A stretch of 64,000 nt of DNA from a virus. Shown here in pieces: positions 57,319-64,000 of this stretch; the stretch's first letter is position 1, and each line of letters starts with the position of its first letter. The stretch is from IMG/VR virus record IMGVR_UViG_3300020473_000016, one strand, 5' to 3'. Under the pieces are notes generated by a model. It searched no databases. It was not told where the DNA came from and saw only the letters and a list, made by a program, of their open reading frames with translations. Position numbers and translations under genes: made by a program.

Positions 57319-57357
57319 AACTAATTATAACACATTGCTATGAAACTAGAATACGGT

Positions 57358-57795
57358 TTATTCTACTTCTTGTTTCTTTCTACCAATATTATATTTGGAT
57401 TCAAGAGTCCAGTCACCCTTCTCTTTAAATGAAAGAACTTTAATTTGATTCAATGGAGCAAGATCTTTAATCTTGTCTTCACTTATTGGATTAATTTTAA
57501 TCAATCCCCAATCAACAAGTAACTGTACTATACGATTCCTACGTTGTACATCATTAGATGATAGGTTAGTCTTCTTACCATCCAGTGCAAATAATTCTTT
57601 GAAGTGTACGATATAATACTTACCTTGCTTGTGTAGTATATGACAAGATTGATATATCTTCTTCTCTTTTCTGGATGCTACTCCAATTCTTGTTAATGTT
57701 TCTCGGACTTTTAAAAAGTCATCTGGTTCGGATAAGGAAACCTCAACCATATCAGTTTGTTTCCATTGTATATCATGATCTACGCTCATTGCCAC
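57358..57795 (-). CDS. regA: Translational repressor
   Basis: DDFLKVRETLTRIGVAS..LYQSCHILHKQG-like, YYIVHFKELF.LDG. Confidence 0.97.
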   Translation of the reverse strand: MAMSVDHDIQWKQTDMVEVSLSEPDDFLKVRETLTRIGVASRKEKKIYQSCHILHKQGKYYIVHFKELFALDGKKTNLSSNDVQRRNRIVQLLVDWGLIKINPISEDKIKDLAPLNQIKVLSFKEKGDWTLESKYNIGRKKQEVE

Positions 57796-58165
57796 CTTTC
57801 CGTAATGAATATGAAATCTTATCGAGTTGATCCTTAGTAAGAATTCTTAATGCTTGAAGAGCTTTATCATCATTATAACCATAATACTCTTTCACTACAT
57901 CAAGGTATTCAGTAGAATCCTTTTTCGACCAAGGAGAGAATCTCTTTCTTGGTTTCACACTATTTAGTAAAAAGTCATACTGTAACTTCTTAGGTAGATG
58001 CCACGCTTTATTCATTTCATTTACTAACAGAATAGTATCAGTAAATGATGATAAACATTTATTAATAATATAAGGTTGATACTTTTTTACAGCAACAGAA
58101 TCATCATCCAATATATTCTTTTTGGATTGGTTCAGACTGTATAGGTAATCTTTCAGTTGGTACAT
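57773..58165 (-). CDS. gp62: Clamp loader small subunit
   Basis: YQPYIINKCLS..NEMN..QYDFLLN..RKRFSPW..YYGYN. Confidence 0.93.
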   Translation of the reverse strand: MYQLKDYLYSLNQSKKNILDDDSVAVKKYQPYIINKCLSSFTDTILLVNEMNKAWHLPKKLQYDFLLNSVKPRKRFSPWSKKDSTEYLDVVKEYYGYNDDKALQALRILTKDQLDKISYSLRKGGNERRS

Positions 58166-58328
58166 TATTCCAGTGACGGATCACTCCGCTAATAATAAAA
58201 CAGTTAGTAACAAGATAAGAAATGAATATAATAGTCCGTACCACAACCACGTAATTGTCATATTTTTCTGTCTTGTCATCAGAAAAACTTCCTAATGCGT
58301 ATTTCCATATCCTCCACACTTTATCCAT
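58104..58328 (-). CDS. Small membrane protein
   Basis: WRIWKYALGSFSD..VVRTIIFISYLVTNCFIISGVIRHW. Confidence 0.6.
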   Translation of the reverse strand: MDKVWRIWKYALGSFSDDKTEKYDNYVVVVRTIIFISYLVTNCFIISGVIRHWNNVPTERLPIQSEPIQKEYIG

Positions 58329-58497
58329 TCAGTTGTTCAGGTTTATTAGAGAATCCCATAGTGGTACGACGATGCCACAATTCCTGAACACCTTCGTCTT
58401 CAAGTTCATCTAATTTATCCTGAATCTTTTTCAGTTCTTCTTCATTATACAGCCATGGTTGTTCTAGCATAGCACGTAATACTTTTTTTGGTTTCAT
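58321..58497 (-). CDS. Small hypothetical protein, 58 aa (absent from ORF track)
   Basis: Hand translation MKPKKVLRAMLEQPWLYNEEEL..; overlaps purN stop. Confidence 0.5.
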   Translation of the reverse strand: MKPKKVLRAMLEQPWLYNEEELKKIQDKLDELEDEGVQELWHRRTTMGFSNKPEQLNG

Positions 58498-59015
58498 AAT
58501 GCGTTTAGTACTAAAGGTAAAAGTTGATGTTCACATTGTTGTACTGCCCTAGTGACAGACTTAACATCATCACCAGGAAGAATTGGTACTTCCTGCTGTT
58601 TTATTATAGCACCTGAGTCAAGGTGTTCGTTAACAAAATGTACAGTACATCCTGTAGTTTCTTCACCTGCTTTGATTGCTTGTTCAATAGCATGAAGTCC
58701 CTTATACTTAGGTAACAATGATGGATGTAAATTAATTATTCTACCAGGAAATGCATCACAGAATTTCTTGGTCATGACTCTCATCCATCCTGCCATAACA
58801 ATTATATCAACATTGTATGCTTCAAATATTTTAATGATGTCATCCTCATGCTTACTAGCAATACGAACAGATGGAATATCCAATCTGTCTGCTCTCTTTG
58901 CAGCACCACAGTTCTTCTTATTATATACCATCAAAACAACATCGTGTTTAGGACACGAGTGAACTATGTTCTCGAAGTTAGTTCCTTCACCAGAACACAT
59001 AACTCCTAGTCTCAT
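58494..59015 (-). CDS. purN: Phosphoribosylglycinamide formyltransferase
   Basis: MCSGEGTNFE, MAGWMRV, INLHPSLLPKYKG, GCTVHFV..LDSGAII.Q. Confidence 0.95.
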   Translation of the reverse strand: MRLGVMCSGEGTNFENIVHSCPKHDVVLMVYNKKNCGAAKRADRLDIPSVRIASKHEDDIIKIFEAYNVDIIVMAGWMRVMTKKFCDAFPGRIINLHPSLLPKYKGLHAIEQAIKAGEETTGCTVHFVNEHLDSGAIIKQQEVPILPGDDVKSVTRAVQQCEHQLLPLVLNAL

Positions 59016-59087
59016 TTTTTAAAGACTCCGAATTTAGCTAACAAGTAAATTGTTAATGTTGTCCAGAATACTATTTCTAATCCTATA

Positions 59088-59240
59088 CTATTCATTTACG
59101 TGCTCAACTTGTATGGGTTTGGTTAATAAATCTGCAAGCCTATGATATGCTATAGCAGTAAAGACTTGAGGTACTATGAAAGCAATCATTGCTACAACCC
59201 AGAAAATGTAGTAATAATTTTCCTTGTTTTGTGTTCTCAT
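59088..59240 (-). CDS. Small membrane protein, 50 aa (absent from ORF track)
   Basis: Hand translation MRTQNKENYYYIFWVVAMIAFIVPQVFTAIAY.. Confidence 0.5.
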   Translation of the reverse strand: MRTQNKENYYYIFWVVAMIAFIVPQVFTAIAYHRLADLLTKPIQVEHVNE

Positions 59241-59497
59241 TCTTGTATCTCGTCTAAACGATAAGTGTATTCAGGTACATCATAAGGACCATTAAGTTTT
59301 TTCTGAAGTTCTCTTTCATCAAGGACTTCATTAATCAACTCCTTGAGTTCTTCTCTAAGTTTAGGTTCAAGTAAAGGTAATGGTGTAGGGTTAAACGGTG
59401 GATAGATTGGTTCACCATTTTCATCACGTGGATATATGTTATCCTTACCACCCTCAATGGCAGGACCACTCATCCCTTGAGTGTCAATTTTGCTCAT
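59237..59497 (-). CDS. Hypothetical protein
   Basis: 86 aa ORF. Confidence 0.5.
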   Translation of the reverse strand: MSKIDTQGMSGPAIEGGKDNIYPRDENGEPIYPPFNPTPLPLLEPKLREELKELINEVLDERELQKKLNGPYDVPEYTYRLDEIQE

Positions 59498-59593
59498 TAA
59501 AATCCTCCTCTAATTTCTTTTTCCAAGCTTCGATCAAGAGTTCCAACTCTTTGATCCTATCCTCTGCATTTTTAATTTTTTCTTCTAAAGATT

Positions 59594-59737
59594 TCATGAG
59601 AATAATGCGTTAACAGATACTACTCTAGCATTTGGGTTACGAGCAAGTGCAACTTGTCTTGCTTCATCGTAGTTACGTGCATGAACAACCTCCTTAAAGA
59701 CTTGTCCTGCCACAAATAGTTTTACTTCACACTTCAT
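59594..59737 (-). CDS. Small conserved protein, 47 aa (absent from ORF track)
   Basis: Hand translation MKCEVKLFVAGQVFKEVVHARNYDEARQVALARNPNARVVSVNALFS. Confidence 0.6.
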   Translation of the reverse strand: MKCEVKLFVAGQVFKEVVHARNYDEARQVALARNPNARVVSVNALFS

Positions 59738-60572
59738 AATTTAATAGGACTAGTTCCTTCCTCTTTGCTTGATCTCTATTATAGCACCCCACGCTCCTCA
59801 TGGTATAAGTATGTGCAAATTCTTTAACTGTCCACTCCTTGAAACGATTCTTAACAAGTTGACTTGAATTGTAAGATATCAGCATTCTAGAAGTGTACTC
59901 ATCACAATCAGTAGCAAACTTATCATGATCAAATCCTTTATGCATACCACCCTTCTTACCATATAGATTATCTTTAATATCATATGGTGGATCCATGTAT
60001 ACAAAATGACCCTTCTTATCCCAGTCATGAACTAACAATCTTTCATAAGAATGATTTGTTATTATCCAGTTTTCAATAAGTTTGGAGTACTCGTTAAGTC
60101 TTTCAATTCCTGCGACGGAAAAATTGGATTCCGACGCTTGTGGACTGAATGATGAAGATTCAGTAAGACCACTAAAGGAACACTTATTAACGATATAAAA
60201 AGAGCAGGCCCTATCAAAGTCAGTTTTTTCTTTGTCATTGATTTTAGTTTTTGATTCTATAAAAAGATCTCTAGCAGTATCCCTATCTGGAAATGTAGAT
60301 TTTATATCCAACAACATATTCTGAAGTTCTTCTCCATTATGCTGTAGTTCTTTCCAAAAATTCCAGAGTGGTTCATAAAGATCATTAACCCAAACCTGTA
60401 TATGAGGATACCGTTTAGTAACTTCTAATGCTACTGATCCACCACCTATAAATGGTTCGCGATATTCTTTATATTCATTAAGATTTGGAAGAAACTGTAA
60501 TATCTTTACTACAGCTCTTGACTTACCACCAGGATACCTGAGTGGTGTCTTTAATGACTTTAGAGTTTTCAT
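59727..60572 (-). CDS. dam: DNA adenine methyltransferase (D12/Dam family)
   Basis: PLRYPGGKS, YREPFIGGGSV, VYMDPPY. Confidence 0.93.
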   Translation of the reverse strand: MKTLKSLKTPLRYPGGKSRAVVKILQFLPNLNEYKEYREPFIGGGSVALEVTKRYPHIQVWVNDLYEPLWNFWKELQHNGEELQNMLLDIKSTFPDRDTARDLFIESKTKINDKEKTDFDRACSFYIVNKCSFSGLTESSSFSPQASESNFSVAGIERLNEYSKLIENWIITNHSYERLLVHDWDKKGHFVYMDPPYDIKDNLYGKKGGMHKGFDHDKFATDCDEYTSRMLISYNSSQLVKNRFKEWTVKEFAHTYTMRSVGCYNRDQAKRKELVLLNYEV

Positions 60573-60775
60573 TAATAAAATCTAGGACGATTAACTTCTA
60601 CTTCAATTGTATCAAATATTCTATTAAGAGATTCTGCGTAAGATCTATATCCAGATCCGACATATAACTGACCAACAAATACTGATACAGTTGCAAGACC
60701 CCAAAACAAATAATAAAATCTAGACTTAACTTGGTTTCTTAATTTTTCTTTTTTTAATTTTTTCATAATAGTCAT
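60572..60775 (-). CDS. Small membrane protein
   Basis: RNQVKSRFYYLFWGLATVSVFVGQLYVG. Confidence 0.6.
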   Translation of the reverse strand: MTIMKKLKKEKLRNQVKSRFYYLFWGLATVSVFVGQLYVGSGYRSYAESLNRIFDTIEVEVNRPRFY

Positions 60776-60777
60776 AG

Positions 60778-60966
60778 TTATTCTTCAACTAAAGATATAT
60801 CTTCAATGGCATCAGCAGTAACTTCATGTTCTCCTATACGATACCAATGATGATCTTGACATAAAATATCAGGATAATATCCAAGATATTCTACATCATC
60901 AGATTTGTTTTCTCTTAACCATGCCTGTAAACGGCAATGCATTAATTCTTCTTTGCTAATTTTCAT
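60778..60966 (-). CDS. Hypothetical protein
   Basis: HCRLQAWLREN..EYLGY motif. Confidence 0.55.
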   Translation of the reverse strand: MKISKEELMHCRLQAWLRENKSDDVEYLGYYPDILCQDHHWYRIGEHEVTADAIEDISLVEE

Positions 60967-61907
60967 TTGAATTCACAACTCATCATAATTTCTGTAAGAC
61001 ATGCTAATAGATTAATCTCATGATCAGCAACGATAGTAGCATCTTTCATGTATCTTGCTATTATAAGAACTGCCTCTGGAATAGAAGCAGGTTTTAAAAC
61101 AGTATATGTACTGTCATATATCTTACGGAATATAGTAGTAGGATCAGTGTCCATATGTTGAACTACCCACCCCTTAACAGTCTTAAAATCTTTCTGCTTT
61201 AATGCCGAAAGCAAACTATCAAAATTAATATCAGCAACGTCAGCAAGAATAGCTGCATCAATGGCTCCACTAGCAGAATAGCGTTGACACTCATTGATAA
61301 CCCTACGCCAGTCAGGATAATACCTAGTAATAAGTTTAGCCAGAACTTTATCTTCAAATGTAACATCTTCTTTTTTTAATATACCTCTAAGACGATCAAA
61401 AAACTGTCCTTGTAATTGTACAGACTGACCATTCTTCACACGAAAATCTATCACGGTGCAACGTGAATGAAGAGGTTCTATTATCTTATTGACAAAGTTA
61501 CAAGTAAGAATAAATCTACAATTATTATGATACTCCTCTATAGCAGACCTCAGACACAGTTGAACATCGTTGGTCGTGTTATCTGCCTCATCTATTATAA
61601 CGACCTTGTGGGACGTTCCAGAGGTCAGTGAGACCGTTGTAGCAAACTGTCTTATCTTATTCCTAGCAGTATCAAGGAACCTACCCTCATCTGATCCATT
61701 GATCAAAATGTAAGATGCTCCTATCTCATCACATAGAGCTTTAGCAATGGTTGTCTTACCTACACCAGCAGATCCAGACAACAAAAGATTGGGGATCTCA
61801 CGCTGCTCTACAAAACCCTGAAAAACATTCTTGATGCTATCAGGTAAAATACAATCCTTAACTGTAGAAGGACGGTATTTCTCGACCCATAAAAAGTCTT
61901 TACTCAT
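60963..61907 (-). CDS. gp44: Clamp loader large subunit
   Basis: LWVEKYRP, GSAGVGKT, IIDEAD, CRFILTCN, LHSRC. Confidence 0.97.
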   Translation of the reverse strand: MSKDFLWVEKYRPSTVKDCILPDSIKNVFQGFVEQREIPNLLLSGSAGVGKTTIAKALCDEIGASYILINGSDEGRFLDTARNKIRQFATTVSLTSGTSHKVVIIDEADNTTNDVQLCLRSAIEEYHNNCRFILTCNFVNKIIEPLHSRCTVIDFRVKNGQSVQLQGQFFDRLRGILKKEDVTFEDKVLAKLITRYYPDWRRVINECQRYSASGAIDAAILADVADINFDSLLSALKQKDFKTVKGWVVQHMDTDPTTIFRKIYDSTYTVLKPASIPEAVLIIARYMKDATIVADHEINLLACLTEIMMSCEFK

Positions 61908-62496
61908 TATCTAATACTAGGTTAAATGAAAAGGTCATACGCATTGTAGCACTATTACATGGTTCTACGCAATGCTGTATGTACGGTGGGAAAAGTATCA
62001 CATCACCATCCTTGAGATCAGGTTTCAACTTATCAGCAAAGTACTCTTGAAATATAGGACTTGCATGTGGAAACTTATGTACTCGATTGTTACAATCTGG
62101 ACGGAAGAATGTTGTTGGAGTTGCTCCTCTGTAATAGTAAATACCACACCAGTAAGGAGTTCTCTTAAAGCATCCATTCAAATGTGTATGTGGTTCTTGT
62201 CCTTGATACTCATGATAGATGTTATACCAGAACTGATCAAAACTAAATTTATCTGGTAACTGATATTGTTGAAAGAGATCTTTCATTTGCTCTCCCAAAT
62301 CTCTCATGAGATTGTTTCTTTCATCACGAAAGACTACAGGATCATCATCTGATATTCTAGGAAAAGTAGAATTGACAGATTCAATCCATCCATCAGGTTT
62401 CCTATCCATCTTCTCAACCATAGGAAAATCATAGTTACTATGATTCTCAAATTTGAATGTGAATATAGGGCAAAAGAAAACTTGATGTAATAGCAT
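61900..62496 (-). CDS. Putative 2OG-Fe(II) oxygenase
   Basis: WYNIY..QEPHTH, CGIYYY, ILFPPYIQHCV, RMTFSFN. Confidence 0.82.
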   Translation of the reverse strand: MLLHQVFFCPIFTFKFENHSNYDFPMVEKMDRKPDGWIESVNSTFPRISDDDPVVFRDERNNLMRDLGEQMKDLFQQYQLPDKFSFDQFWYNIYHEYQGQEPHTHLNGCFKRTPYWCGIYYYRGATPTTFFRPDCNNRVHKFPHASPIFQEYFADKLKPDLKDGDVILFPPYIQHCVEPCNSATMRMTFSFNLVLDNE

Positions 62497-63206
62497 TAGG
62501 GTTCCAATGCAATGTAGTACTTAAGATTTAATTTCTCATTAGTCCACTCAGAGATAAGCTTGTTAGATACTCTAGTTGTAAACACATAACTATCATCTGG
62601 TTCATCTTTATTGAGAACACGATTGAGATCAATGATTCTAAGATTCTCTACCTTAACATCAAGTTGTAAGTTTCCTTCACAGGATCCTTGAACCTTCTGC
62701 TTATAGTTGTTACTAGTATCATTCTCTCTATCTCGAACAACCAATCTGATATCACCATTAGCACATTCAAATGTAAGATCAGGAACACGAAGAACATCCA
62801 TAGATGCTTTCCTGAGACTAACCATATCATCGTTTGTGATGGTAAATTCCAAATCAGGATCTGGGAAGTTAACACTCTTATCGGGTGCTGACTTCAATGT
62901 AATCTCTGGATCTGAAAAATAATAACGAACTGATCTATGTCTATCTCTGATAGTAACATAATCATCAGAGTCAAACTCAAGATAAGGATTCTCAAAAAGT
63001 GCAAGACTCTTTAAGAATTGACCAAGATCATAGATAGCAAAATCTATCGGAAAATCTTCCTCGCATGTATATTCTGCTAAGATATTCTCTGCATTACTAA
63101 TAGTCTTAATTGTATTACCTTTACGAAATACAATAGACTGATTGATATCTACGAAGTTGGTTAATACACCAATCGTTTCTTTTGTTAACTTAACTTTACT
63201 TGTCAT
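62496..63206 (-). CDS. gp45: Sliding clamp
   Basis: LTNFVDINQSI, FAIYDLGQFL, YYFSDPEI, YYIALEP. Confidence 0.95.
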   Translation of the reverse strand: MTSKVKLTKETIGVLTNFVDINQSIVFRKGNTIKTISNAENILAEYTCEEDFPIDFAIYDLGQFLKSLALFENPYLEFDSDDYVTIRDRHRSVRYYFSDPEITLKSAPDKSVNFPDPDLEFTITNDDMVSLRKASMDVLRVPDLTFECANGDIRLVVRDRENDTSNNYKQKVQGSCEGNLQLDVKVENLRIIDLNRVLNKDEPDDSYVFTTRVSNKLISEWTNEKLNLKYYIALEP

Positions 63207-63507
63207 AATCTACTGAAAAGGATGTAGGGTTGTTAGCGTTAATCTGGTCTGCTTTAGCTTGCTTATCACTAAAGTGACAAAGGAGAATAGCGTAATGAGC
63301 AATCTTTATGATGTCCTTACGTGCTGTACCCTTCCTATCATAACGTGAAGCATATTTCAAAATGTTAGACCTACAGAATGCTTCAGCATCACCAACAGAA
63401 TCAATGAGATCTAATGTTTGAATCCCATTCTTACTGTAGTGAGCACTGTAGGTACTACTGATATAATCTGAGATCTCTTTGAGGATCTCGTTTTCATTAT
63501 ATTTCAA
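63196..63507 (-). CDS. DUF3310-like protein
   Basis: HYS..QTLDLI..FCRSNILKYASRY..K..DI.KI.HY. Confidence 0.7.
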   Translation of the reverse strand: MKYNENEILKEISDYISSTYSAHYSKNGIQTLDLIDSVGDAEAFCRSNILKYASRYDRKGTARKDIIKIAHYAILLCHFSDKQAKADQINANNPTSFSVDYDK

Positions 63508-63668
63508 GGTTTCCAGACATATAGTATATCATTATAATAGCACTCTCTCTTGAATCCGTCAAGATTTATTACCGTGAACTTTGTCCCATCGCCACTAAGG
63601 ACTCTACTGGGAGCAATAGTACAGTGGTTATCTCTGACAGTAACCAGTTGACCGATTAGACTATTCAT
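63504..63668 (-). CDS. Small hypothetical protein, 54 aa (absent from ORF track)
   Basis: Hand translation MNSLIGQLVTVRDNHC..YVWKP; contains internal TTGACG-17-TATTAT promoter-like element. Confidence 0.45.
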   Translation of the reverse strand: MNSLIGQLVTVRDNHCTIAPSRVLSGDGTKFTVINLDGFKRECYYNDILYVWKP

Positions 63669-64000
63669 TTGTTTCCTCCAGATAGTTTAGACTTAACAAA
63701 TCCAACGATAACTTTGAACAATGATTTACTTGCATTTCCTTTGAGTTCATCAAACAAAAGCATATTTAATCTAAAGGCATTATTAGCTTCTGCTATCAAT
63801 GCATCAACTTGTGATTGATCTAACTCTAATGTATCTAGTGTTGAGCGATATTTCACTTTCCATTCTTTAGCATTATCTATTCTAGGAAAGTCATAGAATC
63901 TTAATCCTTCACCGTCAGGTGGTTGTAATGCATTCTCTGCTATACCTTTAAGAATCTGACCACCTGAAAGATCACCAATGTATCTTGTATAATGATGTGC
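63665..64000 (-). CDS. ho1: Heme oxygenase, C-terminal part (truncated by window edge)
   Basis: Frame open to 64000: AHHYTRYIGDLSGGQILKGIA..FYDF..EANNAFRLNM. Confidence 0.93.
   Translation of the reverse strand, partial: AHHYTRYIGDLSGGQILKGIAENALQPPDGEGLRFYDFPRIDNAKEWKVKYRSTLDTLELDQSQVDALIAEANNAFRLNMLLFDELKGNASKSLFKVIVGFVKSKLSGGNK

Noticed and set aside
1-64000. tRNA genes, CRISPR arrays, DGR template/variable repeats
   Set aside because: No cloverleaf with T-loop consensus, no regularly spaced repeats, no reverse transcriptase or adenine-specific repeat pair seen by eye; tRNAscan-SE would confirm

Overview
A 64 kb segment of a T4-like marine cyanomyovirus genome, most likely a Prochlorococcus phage (Prochlorococcus-type D1 and hli genes, pebS, AT-rich DNA). 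Almost all genes lie on the minus strand. Left to right: baseplate genes gp48 (5'-truncated) and gp53; pcyA-pebS bilin reductases; gp32, gp33, exonuclease, phoH, thyX; a tandem glutamine-riboswitch-like RNA before a DUF4278 peptide; glutaredoxin and purC; a photosynthesis island (psbA, psbN-like, three hli); a block of envelope-targeted proteins; a 12.6 kb variable island of large virion/fibre-like proteins including an S8 protease with cupredoxin-like repeats; a multi-pass transporter-like gene; talC; nrdAB; primase; a nuclease/ligase-like/nucleotidyltransferase/mazG block; and the replication module (gp41, uvsX, gp43, hsp20, regA, gp62, purN, dam, gp44, gp45), ending in a truncated heme oxygenase. 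I found no tRNA, CRISPR array or intron. The best second-look items are a ROSE-like RNA thermometer over the hsp20 Shine-Dalgarno, tandem glutamine aptamers, a manA-like RNA before gp32, HLR1/RpaB-like boxes at the psbA and hli promoters, the transporter, the protease with one intact copper site, and the ligase-like/nucleotidyltransferase module. Family assignments come from motif recognition only; no database search was run.
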